Below the pieces are notes generated by a model. The model ran no database searches, was not told where the DNA came from, and saw nothing but the letters and a program-made list of their open reading frames with translations. A stretch of DNA of 64,000 bases from Candidatus Multivorans sp. (lineage in GTDB: Bacteria; Acidobacteriota; Thermoanaerobaculia; Multivoradales; Multivoraceae): positions 2,304,001-2,368,000 of the forward strand of contig OZ251997.1 in the NCBI GenBank assembly GCA_965247095.1. The letters run 5' to 3'. The position numbers and the translations under genes are program-made. This document shows, piece by piece, positions 51,520 to 61,615 of the stretch (position 1 is its first letter; every line of letters starts with the position of its first letter).

Positions 51520-52095
51520 TCACTCGCCCATCCCGGCAAGAGCCTCGTCTACGTAACGAACGTCGAACTCCTCCGGATCGAAGTCCTCGCCCATCCACTC
51601 CCTCACGTCCTCATGCTCGGGGTGATCCGGGTCCTTCAGGATCTCCAACTTTCCGTAGTACCCCCAGACCCCTCCGGAGTCTTCCGGAGGACAACGTCGT
51701 TTGCCACCAGTGCATGCCGGGAGACGGATTGACGAGTCGTACGAGAGGATCTTCTGCAGCGTGACCCGGTGCGCCCACCCGTCGCCGAAGTCGTACTCGT
51801 AGGTGAGCCAGTCCTTCTCGTGTTTGAGGAGTTGGCTGACGCCAAACTCCCTCTCATCGAGGGTCGCCGGCATGCCGGGCAACACCCAATCGTCATCCCA
51901 GGGGTTCGGAACGGCATAGGTCTGCCTGCCCTTGACGAACATGTGGAGGTGTCCGTCGAGCCAGCCCATGGCCACCTGGATGACGTCGTGCAGGCGGTCA
52001 AGCGGCTGTGAAGGCGGCACGAGAACGCGCCGCCAGATGGGCGGCTTCGTGCCCCTCAAGTCGACTCTGAGCTGGTAGGTGAAGCGATCCGGCAT
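51520..52095 (-). CDS. pRiA4b ORF-3-family protein
   Basis: PPIWRRVLV, LHDVIQVAMGW..HLHMF, YEYDFGDGW and CPPEDSGG. Confidence 0.9.
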   Translation of the reverse strand: MPDRFTYQLRVDLRGTKPPIWRRVLVPPSQPLDRLHDVIQVAMGWLDGHLHMFVKGRQTYAVPNPWDDDWVLPGMPATLDEREFGVSQLLKHEKDWLTYEYDFGDGWAHRVTLQKILSYDSSIRLPACTGGKRRCPPEDSGGVWGYYGKLEILKDPDHPEHEDVREWMGEDFDPEEFDVRYVDEALAGMGE

Positions 52096-52438
52096 CTGGC
52101 AGGAACTCCTGTCTGACTTTGGAACAGTTGAAGCGACTCCGGGCTGCCGGGCCGCGACAAGGCTCAAGAGTGCAGACAGTACAATCTCGGCTCACCTGAC
52201 GCCAGATAGAGTCGACCGGCTGACCCTTGACCTCGGCCAACTACACGACAATGTCCATCGCCATCGTCGTTTTCGTGCGGTAGCCGACGGCCCGCGGTCG
52301 GTCGCACCTACCCGCTACGAACGGGAACCACTTGGAGTTCGGGCGGCACGGGACGCGGTGAAGAAAGGGGCACCTCTGGAGGCCCGAGGCCGGACTTCCG
52401 GCGGCATTGGAGCAGCGTCGCGCTCTACAGGCCGCGCT

Positions 52439-52880
52439 TCAGTCTGAGAGTCGCGGGTCGAACTGTCGCACGACCGGTTCCTGGAGCGCGGGTGAGTCTT
52501 CCCGCCAGCCCAACCTCACGGTGCGCTTCGCCAGCTTGGGGGCAGAGTAGACGTAACGTTGGTCGTACGCGCGATAGATCGCGTCCATGAACTTCTCCAT
52601 CCGAAGGGCGCTTCGGGGCGAAGGCCAGTCAGCCAACACGGCTCGACTCTCGGGGTCCACCATCGCCAAAGCCAACGCCTCGTACCGGGAAATGTCGTTC
52701 CGGACCCCGTCGCGCCCCGTAAGGCCCAGAAGAACGTCGTGGTAGCGGAGGATCGATTCGACCACTTCGCCATCTCCGCGGACGGCGATGTCGTTGGCCG
52801 CCACGTTACCCGCATCGTCGGCTTTCAGGAAGTGCGCCGCCGCGGGCGCCAAGGGCCCTTCCCGGTTGGCGCGAATGACG
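52439..52880 (-). pseudogene. Second, 5'-truncated copy of the endonuclease 3' end
   Basis: Colinear with 50212-50653 (offset 2227). Begins 7 nt after the methyltransferase stop. Confidence 0.75.
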
Positions 52881-52887
52881 TGTCTGC

Positions 52888-54360
52888 CTAACCACGGTGC
52901 CGCCACCGCCGCAGAATGTCGACGCCTTCCTGAAGGTCGCGTTCAATGCCGGGCGGCGAATTGCCATTCAGAGAAACCAGCACTTGCAGCGCTTCCCGTG
53001 GTTCGAGCTTCAACACGCCGCCACCCAGCGGGTGCCCCTCGATTTCGCAACTGAGACTGGTCAAGGTCGTTTTCCAGCGTCGGCGCAGCCGAGCCGCATC
53101 AACACCCGTGGCATTCAATCGAACCGCATGCACGGCGTTGGTGCAGGTACAGCGTGCCCGGTTCTCGACCAGAGCGGGCCCTTCTCCGCTCATGTAGGAG
53201 AGAAAGAAGTCGGGAACAGCCACATGGGGCACGGCGTACCAAGAACTTCGAACGCGGCACTTGTAGCGTTGGCGCGCCTCTTCCCCGCGAGGCGAATCCA
53301 GGTACCGCCGCACCGCAACCGGCAACGACACCTGAGGGTCGAGCGCGAGCAGGAAATTCGGTCGGTCATCGGATCGCCAACCGGCCACCGTCTCGTCCGT
53401 GATCGCCTCACCCTGCAGTTCCCGGCCGCTACGCACTGTCGGACGAAGCAGGTCCGACGGAATCTGCAGTTCTTCGGCTTCCGACGGCCGCAGGTGGAAG
53501 AAGTCGTTGGCGCCGGAGACGTAGCCGATACCCACGGCGGCCACCCGGCCGAGCGCCGTCGTCAGTTCGGAAGCCCTGAGGTCGTCGTAGGCAGAGCGAA
53601 TCCGGCTCGGCAGGAGCATCGGCCGGAGCCGAGAACCCCAGCGCCGCCATTCCCGGACGGACACCCGAGTATCAGCGAGCGGCGGTTCTGACCGAAACAC
53701 GAACCGCTCGTGCAGCGCCAGGTCGAAATGGTCCGTTCTCCCGCCAAAGCCGTCGGCGTAGAGCAGCCAGACATCCTCCGATAGGCCAACGAACAGCTTC
53801 TGGCGGACCGCCACCAACCGCACCTCGTTGAAGTGGCGGGCCAGCCAGTCGAGGAGCGGAGCTGCGTACGGAGCATGCCCTATCTCGGCTGGTACAACGA
53901 ACGCCATCCGCCCCCCCTGCCGAAGGAGAGAGGCGGTCACAATCAGGTATGGGGCCCAGGAGGAACAGAGCCCCGACAACTTGGCCCCCAACGAGGCGCA
54001 GAGTTTAAGCGCTTGGCGGCGCGTCTCGCCGTTGAACCGTTGGAAGCGGATGAACGGCGGATTTCCGGCCGCGCAATCGAACCGCTCCGAGGTTGCGGCT
54101 GCCCAGTCGAAGAAGTCCGCGCATTCGACGGTTCCACGCGGCGCAGCCTCCGCCGCACTCGAAACTGCCGCGGCATCGCAATCGACTCCAGTGCTGCGGG
54201 GGTGCAGTGCGAGAAACCGGCCGTCGCCGCAGGACGGATCGAGCATGTGCTCGTCCGGTCTCCGAACAGCCCACCGGACCAGAGCGGCGGCCGTCTCCGG
54301 CGGCGTGTAGTAGGCCCCCCGGGCCTTCTGGTCGGTTACCCGATGCTGGACCGCCTCCAT
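52888..54360 (-). CDS. N6-adenine DNA methyltransferase (gamma/Eco57I-like)
   Basis: GAYYTP, LDPSCGDGRF, GNPPF and GGGVLKLEPREA. Confidence 0.93.
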   Translation of the reverse strand: MEAVQHRVTDQKARGAYYTPPETAAALVRWAVRRPDEHMLDPSCGDGRFLALHPRSTGVDCDAAAVSSAAEAAPRGTVECADFFDWAAATSERFDCAAGNPPFIRFQRFNGETRRQALKLCASLGAKLSGLCSSWAPYLIVTASLLRQGGRMAFVVPAEIGHAPYAAPLLDWLARHFNEVRLVAVRQKLFVGLSEDVWLLYADGFGGRTDHFDLALHERFVFRSEPPLADTRVSVREWRRWGSRLRPMLLPSRIRSAYDDLRASELTTALGRVAAVGIGYVSGANDFFHLRPSEAEELQIPSDLLRPTVRSGRELQGEAITDETVAGWRSDDRPNFLLALDPQVSLPVAVRRYLDSPRGEEARQRYKCRVRSSWYAVPHVAVPDFFLSYMSGEGPALVENRARCTCTNAVHAVRLNATGVDAARLRRRWKTTLTSLSCEIEGHPLGGGVLKLEPREALQVLVSLNGNSPPGIERDLQEGVDILRRWRHRG

Positions 54361-54468
54361 CTCACAACGGCGCGGGCGATGGCGCCGCGCGCGAGCCGAG
54401 AATACACGGCTCAGCCCCCTTCAGCACCCACGATCTGCCGGTCGCCTGTCAGGCTGTCCAGCGCCTCC

Positions 54469-55404
54469 TCACTCCGCCTTGCGGAGATCCCCTTCCACCG
54501 TCATCTGCATCGACATGGACATTGAGGAGGCCTCCGCCGGCTGACCCTCCACTTGCGGAATCTCCATGGACACATCCACGTTCATGCCCATGTCCAGGCT
54601 GTAGTTGACCGCCAGACCCGTCGCCTCGTCCAGTTCATAGGTGCCCGTGTACTCGCCGGAGAGGTTCTCGTAGCGCATGTCGAATCCCGGCATCTCGGGC
54701 ATGCCCGGCAACACGGGCTCGTCGCTGCCCGAGAGGCCACCCACCACTTCGATCAGGGCCAACCCGTCGCTCCTTTCTCCGAGCGTGGAGGTCGTATCCA
54801 CTGTCAGACCGAACGCGGTTACCGTGTCGGTCCAGGTGGCGCCGGTGTCGATCGGCTCCGTGGGCATGTAAGGAACGCCCCGCTGGACCATGTCCCTGAT
54901 CTGCCCCCCACCAAGGCTCGACTCGAGGCCCTGGCGCAGCGCCTCCTTCATCGCCTCAGGCAGGTCCACCTGGTCCAGCATCGCGTCCATCAGCCCTTCG
55001 AACCCACTGAAGTCCAGAACTTCACCGTTCCTGGCCACGACCGTTGTGAAGCCCTCGCCGACCATCGCCTGATAGAGGTCGTTCAGGTCGAAGGGCATCT
55101 GGTCGATACCCGGCAACCCTCCGATCTCCGCGGACATGGATGCGACCGTGTAGTGCCCGACCACGGTGTCGTCTTCGGCGCCCGCTTCGAAGACCACATC
55201 CTGTTCCATTCCGAACGTCATCGTCATGTCGAGATCCATGCCTTGGATACTCGTCTGTGTCCGCATTTGCGACGTTGCGCTTCCCTTGTAGGGAACGCCG
55301 AGTTCCGGGTCGAATCGATAGACCAGTTCCTGACCGCCGCAAGCCATCGCTGAAAAGAGCGTCGCTGCGATACCGAGGGTCACCAGTGATCTGTGCTGGG
55401 TCAT
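54469..55404 (-). CDS. DUF6263-like lipoprotein
   Basis: SAMAC lipobox, MPTEPIDTGATW and Met-rich beta strands. Confidence 0.7.
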   Translation of the reverse strand: MTQHRSLVTLGIAATLFSAMACGGQELVYRFDPELGVPYKGSATSQMRTQTSIQGMDLDMTMTFGMEQDVVFEAGAEDDTVVGHYTVASMSAEIGGLPGIDQMPFDLNDLYQAMVGEGFTTVVARNGEVLDFSGFEGLMDAMLDQVDLPEAMKEALRQGLESSLGGGQIRDMVQRGVPYMPTEPIDTGATWTDTVTAFGLTVDTTSTLGERSDGLALIEVVGGLSGSDEPVLPGMPEMPGFDMRYENLSGEYTGTYELDEATGLAVNYSLDMGMNVDVSMEIPQVEGQPAEASSMSMSMQMTVEGDLRKAE

Positions 55405-55564
55405 ATTGTGGTTCCTCCGATGTTCCTCGTTGCCCGGCTCCGGCGCCGAGTCCCGATCCAAAATCGTCGAACTCCTGCCCTACTACCTTAGCGGGATGCG
55501 GATCACCACACCGCCCATCGTGTCCCCCCGGCAGCCCGGTCGTCGCCGCGACCTTCGTGCCGCC

Positions 55565-55939
55565 CTACACGAACTCAAGTCCCGGGATGTCCCGGAAATC
55601 CTCCACGTTCAGGGTCCAGATGGCGGCCTCGTGAAGCAGGGCACAGGCGGCGATCGCGATGTCCGAGGCGCGTCCGCGAGCCCGTCCCACGGCACCGTAG
55701 AGCATAGCGGCCCGGGCGGCCGCCTCCGCGTCGAACGGCACGACGGCGGCCGACGGAAGAAGTTGCTCCTGCGCGTCGAGCTCCTCCGCCGTCCGAGGGC
55801 CACGCAGCCACTCATAGAGCACCGGGCTCGACACATTCAGCCGGTGACCCTGCTCCACCAATGCGAACAGGTCGTCGAACGCGTCGCGGGGACCAGCCAA
55901 CGCCGCAATGAGCGCCGAAGTGTCCAAATGGACGATCAA
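55565..55939 (-). CDS. vapC: VapC/PIN toxin
   Basis: HLDTSALI, VLYEW, DIAIAACA and TLNVEDF. Confidence 0.9.
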   Translation of the reverse strand: MIVHLDTSALIAALAGPRDAFDDLFALVEQGHRLNVSSPVLYEWLRGPRTAEELDAQEQLLPSAAVVPFDAEAAARAAMLYGAVGRARGRASDIAIAACALLHEAAIWTLNVEDFRDIPGLEFV

Positions 55940-56214
55940 TCCTCGACCCCGAGCCAACCTTCGCGCCGGGATGCGCGGACTTCCTTGATCTCGGCCTGAA
56001 CCGCCTCGCGCGTCCCGGTGACCGGAGCCCGGCGCAGGTTTTCCAGCACGCTGAGCATGCGCAGACGCTCGCCTTCGCTCAGCCGGTTCGCCCGCGCCAC
56101 GAAATCGGCAACCGCTTCCCGCACGATCTGACTCTGCGGCTTGCCGAACCGAAGCGCCGCTCCGCGAATCCGACGGATCGTCTCGTCGTCGAGAGAATAC
56201 GTTGCCTTTACCAT
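55936..56214 (-). CDS. RHH (CopG-like) antitoxin
   Basis: KATYSLDDET..QSQIVREAV. TTGA overlap with the toxin. Confidence 0.85.
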   Translation of the reverse strand: MVKATYSLDDETIRRIRGAALRFGKPQSQIVREAVADFVARANRLSEGERLRMLSVLENLRRAPVTGTREAVQAEIKEVRASRREGWLGVED

Positions 56215-56294
56215 AAGGGGGCCATACTGCCATACCCGCCGCAACGCGGCAATGTCCTCCACGAGCGAAAGGCCCGGTCCCGGTCTATGAAGAA

Positions 56295-56846
56295 TCAGCC
56301 CGTCCGGTCCTTCGCCGCCGGTTCCTCGCCGGCCTCGAGCCGTAGACCTGCCGTTGTCGTGACCTTCGTGCCGGCCGGGATGTCTCGCGTCACGACGCAG
56401 TTCACGCCGATGAAGACGTTGTCGCCGATCTCGATCCTGCCGATCAGCCGGCTTCCGGCGCCGACGAAGACGTTGTCGCCGAGCGTGGGCATCTGCTCCA
56501 ACCGCTTCCCCGTCGGGGCGCCGATTGTGACCTGGTGCAGCAACGTTCCGTTCCTGCCGATGCGAACCCCGTTGCCGATCACCAGGCCGATGCCGTGGCT
56601 GATGAACAGGCCCGGGCCGATCCGGGCAGCGGGTGCGATGTCGACGCTGGTGAGGAACAGCGACAGCCGGGCGAAGGCCGGTCCCAGCACCGGGATGCGC
56701 CGGCTCTTGAACCAGTGGGCGATCCGGTAGAGGACGACGGCCTGGAACCCGTTTTCGAACAGCAGCGACTCGAGCACGTACCAGGGGAACGGCTTGGTCT
56801 TGATCTCCCGCAGCCGGCGCGTGTCCGCGCGCAGGTTCTTCAGCAT
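56295..56846 (-). CDS. Serine O-acetyltransferase-like hexapeptide acyltransferase
   Basis: DIAPAARIGPGLFISHG, QVTIG and LGDNVFVGAG. Confidence 0.88.
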   Translation of the reverse strand: MLKNLRADTRRLREIKTKPFPWYVLESLLFENGFQAVVLYRIAHWFKSRRIPVLGPAFARLSLFLTSVDIAPAARIGPGLFISHGIGLVIGNGVRIGRNGTLLHQVTIGAPTGKRLEQMPTLGDNVFVGAGSRLIGRIEIGDNVFIGVNCVVTRDIPAGTKVTTTAGLRLEAGEEPAAKDRTG

Positions 56847-57775
56847 GCCGGGGCGCCCCTTCCCAACCGCGGCGGCGGCGCCATCGGCGCCCTGAGGCCT
56901 TCGATCACGCCCCGCAGCTTGGCGATCACTGCGCTCTGGTTGCCGCGCACGAGTTCCCGGAAGAAGGCAATGAACAGTCCCGCGGAGAGGAAGGCCGCGA
57001 AGGAGCACCACTGCAGCGGACCGCCGTAACGCCGCACGAACAGGGCGGCGCTGCGGCCGTTGAAGAACGTCCGCGAGGCGCGATAACCGCCGACCGTACG
57101 CGCCACCATGTGGTACAGCACCGCCCGGTGCGCGTAGTAGCAGCGGTAGCCGCGCGCCTTCATCCGCATACACCAGTCGGCGTCATCGAGCGCCAAGTGG
57201 AACAGCGGATCCCAGAGACCGATCTCCTCGACGACCGTGCGGCGCACCAGCATCGCGCAGCCGTTCACATAAGGCACTTCCTCGTCGCGGTCGTACTGCC
57301 CGCGGTCCACTTCGCCCTCGCCCCGCTCCCGCGTCATCGACTCGCGGAACCGAATGCGGCCGCCGGCCGACCACAGCCGATCGCGCTCCCCGTGGTAGAG
57401 AATCTTCGGCCCCACGCAGCCGATGCCCGGATCCGCCTCGGCCACCGCGACGAGTTCGTCCAGGAAGTCCCGCTCGACCTCGATGTCGTTGTTCAGCAGC
57501 AGCAGGTAGTCGACGCCGCGACTGACCGCGAGTTCGATCCCCTGGTTCATGCCGAAGACGACGCCCTGGTTCTGCTCGACTCGGATCTGTGTCACCTCCG
57601 GGTGGACGGTGGCGACCGCCTCGCTCGAGCCGTCACCGGAACCGTTGTCGACATGAATCAGTTCGCAGGCGGGATAGGTCATCGCCTCCAGGCTGCGGAG
57701 CGCCTGCAGCGTGATGTCGCGCCCGTTGTAGTTCAGAACGATGGCGGCGACGCGCGGTACGGGTCCGGAACCCAC
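56840..57775 (-). CDS. Glycosyltransferase family 2
   Basis: IVLNYNG, VDNGSGDGS, LLLNND and GCAML. Start is uncertain (57775 or 57811). Confidence 0.9.
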   Translation of the reverse strand: MGSGPVPRVAAIVLNYNGRDITLQALRSLEAMTYPACELIHVDNGSGDGSSEAVATVHPEVTQIRVEQNQGVVFGMNQGIELAVSRGVDYLLLLNNDIEVERDFLDELVAVAEADPGIGCVGPKILYHGERDRLWSAGGRIRFRESMTRERGEGEVDRGQYDRDEEVPYVNGCAMLVRRTVVEEIGLWDPLFHLALDDADWCMRMKARGYRCYYAHRAVLYHMVARTVGGYRASRTFFNGRSAALFVRRYGGPLQWCSFAAFLSAGLFIAFFRELVRGNQSAVIAKLRGVIEGLRAPMAPPPRLGRGAPAC

Positions 57776-57818
57776 GGCAGGGAGCGTAACGCAGCCCGTC
57801 GTCGGTAACATCAGCGGC

Positions 57819-59315
57819 ATGGCACAACACCCGGGAAACGGACGTTTCCTGACGACGAAGGGGCTTCTTGCCGCCTTCCTCGTCCTGGCCGGCACAGGCA
57901 CACCGCTCACAGCACAATCGCCCCCCGAAACGGCCCTTGAACCGGCGTCCGCCGCACTATGGCCGGCCTTCAGGGGCCCCGACGGCATCCCGGTTTCGGA
58001 GGACGATCGACTACCGCTGCATTGGTCCACGACCGAGAACGTCGAATGGAGCGTCGACGTGCCCGGTTCCGGCTGGTCATCGCCGATCGTCGCCGGCGAC
58101 CGGGTCTTCCTGACCACCGCGGCGGCCTCAACGGAGATCACGAAACAACCGGAGTTCGGTACCGAGTACAGCAACGAGTTCATGAGCGAACTCCGGGAGC
58201 AGGGCGTGCCCTGGGAGGAGATCCTCAAGCAACACAACGAGCGCTTCATCGAGTTCCCCGACGAGGTCGATCTGGCCTACCTGTTGGTCGCCTACTCGCT
58301 CGAGGACGGCGCCGAAGTCTGGCGCCGGACGTTCTTCGCCGGACCCCCGCCCGGAGGCCGCCACTCGAAGAACTCGTTTGCATCCGAAACACCCGTTACC
58401 GACGGCGAAACGATCTTCGTCTACGTCACCGGCCTGGGTCTGTGGGCCTACACGCTCGACGGCGAGCCGCGCTGGGAACGTCGGCTGGATCCGTTCCAGA
58501 TCTACATGGACTTCGGCACCGGCGGCTCACCCGCCCTGACCAACGACCTCGTCGTGGTGTTGAACGACAACCAGGAACACCAGTTCCTGGCAGCCTTCTC
58601 GAAGCAGGACGGACGGGAGGTCTGGCGCGCCGCCCGCGACATCGGTCCGCCCCACGACACCAGCCGCACCTGGAGAACGTCGTGGAGCACGCCCTTCGTC
58701 TGGAGTCACGACGACCGCACCGAAATCGTGGCGCTCGGTCCCTACACGGCGATCAGCTACGACACGATGGGCCGCGAGCTGTGGCGCCTGTCCCGCCACT
58801 CCCTGCTGCCGGTTCCAACGCCCTTCGCCTATGACGGTCTGCTCTACATCACATCGGGAGTACACGGCGACTCGAACCGTCCGATCACCGCGATCCGCCC
58901 GGGCGGCGCCGGCGACCTCACCCCGGGCGAGGACGCCACCACCAACGAGTTCGTGGTCTGGAACGACAGCCGGGCCGGCACCTACATCCCGACGCCGGTC
59001 CCGTACAAGGGCTCCCTGTGGGTGGTCTACGACCGCGGCATCTTCGCCCGCTACGACGCCGCGACCGGCGAGCGCCTCTTCCAGGCGCGGATCAAAGGCT
59101 CGAACGGCCACTTCACCACCTCGCCCTGGGCCTACCGCGATCGCATTTTCGCCACCGACGAGGCCGGCACGACGTTCGTGTTCGGCACCCGCGGCGAGTT
59201 TGAGCAACTCCACGCGAACGACCTGGACGAGATGACGCTCGCGTCGCCGGCGCTGGCCGGCGACCGGCTCGTGATGAGGACGCGGTCGAAGCTGTACAGC
59301 GTCCGGGAGCAGTAG
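57819..59315 (+). CDS. PQQ-binding-like beta-propeller protein
   Basis: WPAFRGP, GSGWSSPIV, ASETPVTDG and SWSTP repeats. Confidence 0.9.
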   Translation: MAQHPGNGRFLTTKGLLAAFLVLAGTGTPLTAQSPPETALEPASAALWPAFRGPDGIPVSEDDRLPLHWSTTENVEWSVDVPGSGWSSPIVAGDRVFLTTAAASTEITKQPEFGTEYSNEFMSELREQGVPWEEILKQHNERFIEFPDEVDLAYLLVAYSLEDGAEVWRRTFFAGPPPGGRHSKNSFASETPVTDGETIFVYVTGLGLWAYTLDGEPRWERRLDPFQIYMDFGTGGSPALTNDLVVVLNDNQEHQFLAAFSKQDGREVWRAARDIGPPHDTSRTWRTSWSTPFVWSHDDRTEIVALGPYTAISYDTMGRELWRLSRHSLLPVPTPFAYDGLLYITSGVHGDSNRPITAIRPGGAGDLTPGEDATTNEFVVWNDSRAGTYIPTPVPYKGSLWVVYDRGIFARYDAATGERLFQARIKGSNGHFTTSPWAYRDRIFATDEAGTTFVFGTRGEFEQLHANDLDEMTLASPALAGDRLVMRTRSKLYSVREQ

Positions 59316-59391
59316 GCGCCACGGAGCGAAGCCCACGGTCTCGCTGCTTCGTGGCGTCGCCCGGATAGCAGCGGGATGCCGGCGTTCCCCT

Positions 59392-60243
59392 CTACCTGAC
59401 GGGATGCATGTCGAGGTCCAGGCGGTCGAAGTACTCGATGCGGTTCGGCATCGTGGCCTCGATCGTCCTGGTCATGCTGCGGGAGATCCGCCCCCGACGG
59501 TGCCGTACGGCGAAGAACGGCCCGAAGCTCTCGGCGACATCCTCCCGATGGGGATGGTCACGCGCGTAGTCGGAAATGAACCCGGGTGGCGCGATCCGCG
59601 CCACCCGTGAACCAGTCCATGCGCCCGTCAGTCGGGCGCATGGATGACACCTGCCGTCCGCGGTCTGCGCGGCGAGCCAGGCGTCCGCGGCCGAATGGAC
59701 CGGGTCCAGGGAGGTGTGCGCCGCTTCGTGCATCAGGATCTCCTCCAGCACACCGTCGCGCAGGTACTCCGCGGCCTTGCCGACATGGACCAGGATGTTG
59801 TCGTTGCCGCCGCCGAAGGGCATGTCGCCGCGGTGGATCCACACCGTTTCGACCCGCGTTCGCAGGCCCGCCGGCAACTGCCCGATGGCCCGGGCGTAGA
59901 ACGCCGCGTGGCGCTCCGCGGTGGCGGCATCGCCGAACTCCGCATTGACCTGCACCTCCACGACCGTCTCGCCCTCGAAGGCGGCGTTGAACAGGTAGGC
60001 ATCGGTCAAGGCGAAGGCGTCCGCGCGACGATCGAACATCCTGCGAGTGTCGTGGCCCGCGTAGTCGAGGCTCCGCAGCGCCGACGGGTCGGACGCGACG
60101 ATGAGATCGGGATCGATGAAGGCCGTGCCGCGGTAGGGCGGCCCCTCGACCACGGGCGCCGGTCCGGCGCATGCAAACGACAGCGACAGGAACAGGGCGG
60201 CAAGCGCGAAACCCGGTCGCAGTCGGAGCACGGTTGGCGGCAT
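59392..60243 (-). CDS. Putative HExxH zinc-peptidase-like lipoprotein with an in-frame palindromic insert
   Basis: SFAC lipobox, LMHEAAH and REDVAESF. A 23-aa insert is encoded by repeat unit B. Confidence 0.8.
   Translation of the reverse strand: MPPTVLRLRPGFALAALFLSLSFACAGPAPVVEGPPYRGTAFIDPDLIVASDPSALRSLDYAGHDTRRMFDRRADAFALTDAYLFNAAFEGETVVEVQVNAEFGDAATAERHAAFYARAIGQLPAGLRTRVETVWIHRGDMPFGGGNDNILVHVGKAAEYLRDGVLEEILMHEAAHTSLDPVHSAADAWLAAQTADGRCHPCARLTGAWTGSRVARIAPPGFISDYARDHPHREDVAESFGPFFAVRHRRGRISRSMTRTIEATMPNRIEYFDRLDLDMHPVR
59581..59649 (-). repeat. Double-hairpin unit B, 69 bp, inside a CDS
   Basis: Reverse complement matches 61537-61604 and 9422-9472. Confidence 0.9.
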
Positions 60244-60260
60244 GCGGAAGAAAAGCCCCT

Positions 60261-61499
60261 CTAGACGATGCGAACTTCCGGCACCGGCAGGATGAACTTG
60301 CCGCCCCGGCGGCGGAACTCGGCCTGCTGCGCCAGGATCTCGTCCTCGAAATTCCAGGCCAGGAGCAGCACGTGGTCCGGCGCCGGATCCTCCAGCAGCG
60401 CCTCGGGCGCGACGATCGGAATGTGGGAGCCCGGGGTGTAGCGGCCCTGCTTGAGCGGACTGCGGTCGGCGATGAAGTCGAGCAGGTCGGGGCCGACACC
60501 GAAGAACTCGAGCAGCGTGCTGCCCTTGGCCGGGGCGCCGTAGCCGGCCAGCCGCCGTCCGTCCGCCTTGAGTCCGCGGAGACAGTCCACGACTTCGGTC
60601 TTCAAGCGGTCGACCCGCCCGGCAAACGCGCTCCAGGTCTCGAACCGGTCGATGCCCAACTCCCGTTCGGCGGCGAGGACCTCGGCCACGCTGGCGTCGA
60701 CCTCGCCCTCGCCGCGGCGCCTCACGGTGACCCGAAGCTGGCCGTGGTGGATCGGCAGCCGCTCGGCCCGCACCACCTCCATGCCGTGGTCCTCGAAGAG
60801 CCGGATCATCGGACCCAGCGCCCAGTAGGAGACGTGCTCGTGGTACACGGTGTCGAAGGCGAGCTGGTCGAGCAGATCGACCAGGTAGTGCGCCTCCAGG
60901 ACGAAGGCGCCGCCCGGAGCGAGGGCGGTGTCCAGGCCGGCGACGAAGCCGGAGAGATCGGGGATGTGCGGGAAGGTGTTGGTCGCGGTGATCAGCTTGG
61001 CGCGGCCCCACCGCGCTGCGATCTCGGCCGCGGAGTCCGCGCCGAAGAAGCCCTGATAGCGCTCGATGCCGGTTTCGCGGCTGAACTCGGCCAGGTTCTC
61101 CGCCGGATCGACGCCCAGGGTCGAGGCGCCGCGGTCGCGGAAGCAGCACAGCAGGGAGGCGTCGTTGCAACCGATGTCGATCACGAGGCGGCCGTCCGCG
61201 AGGCCGTGGCGAGAGGTGAGGGTCGCCGCCAGGTCGGCGAAGTGGGCGCGCAGGGTGTCCGAAGCGGAAGACACATAGAGGTAGTCCGTGAACATCGCGG
61301 CCGGCGGTACAAACTCGGTGAGCTGGACGTGCCCGCAGCCGCGGCAGAAGCCCACGCGCAGCGGGAAGCGCGGTTCGGGCTGGTTCAGGTCGTCGGCGCT
61401 GGGAAACTTGTTGGCGAGCGCGGTGCTGCCGAGGTCGAGGAACACGTCGACCGCGGGTTGGGCGCAGACGAGGCAGTTCGCGGTTGACGGCTTAGTCAT
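60261..61499 (-). CDS. NDP-sugar C-methyltransferase
   Basis: CLVC..CRGC zinc site, DIGCNDA, YHEH, YGAPAKG and LAWN. Confidence 0.92.
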   Translation of the reverse strand: MTKPSTANCLVCAQPAVDVFLDLGSTALANKFPSADDLNQPEPRFPLRVGFCRGCGHVQLTEFVPPAAMFTDYLYVSSASDTLRAHFADLAATLTSRHGLADGRLVIDIGCNDASLLCCFRDRGASTLGVDPAENLAEFSRETGIERYQGFFGADSAAEIAARWGRAKLITATNTFPHIPDLSGFVAGLDTALAPGGAFVLEAHYLVDLLDQLAFDTVYHEHVSYWALGPMIRLFEDHGMEVVRAERLPIHHGQLRVTVRRRGEGEVDASVAEVLAAERELGIDRFETWSAFAGRVDRLKTEVVDCLRGLKADGRRLAGYGAPAKGSTLLEFFGVGPDLLDFIADRSPLKQGRYTPGSHIPIVAPEALLEDPAPDHVLLLAWNFEDEILAQQAEFRRRGGKFILPVPEVRIV

Positions 61500-61511
61500 C
61501 GAGTGGCGGAC

Positions 61512-61612
61512 CCGGAATGCGGGCGAGACGCCCGCGTGCCATCCGCGCGCCCGATGACGGGCGCACGGAGTGGTTCGCGGGTGGCGCGGATCGCGCCACC
61601 CGGGTTCCCAGG
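61512..61612 (+). repeat. REP-like unit A split by a complete 68-bp unit B
   Basis: atgcgggcgagacgcccgcg [B at 61537-61604] ttcccagg. Confidence 0.9.
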
Positions 61613-61615
61613 GGT

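Noticed and set aside
51018-51539. 173-aa ORF between the endonuclease remnant and the pRiA4b gene
   Set aside because: It has no recognisable motif or clear start, so it cannot be supported as a gene from sequence alone.
50212-52880. Diversity-generating retroelement template/variable repeat pair
   Set aside because: The differences are not adenine-specific and no reverse transcriptase is present.
61536-61606. Integron attC interpretation of the G/TT junction of unit B
   Set aside because: There is no RYYYAAC/GTTRRRY pair, cassette array or integrase.
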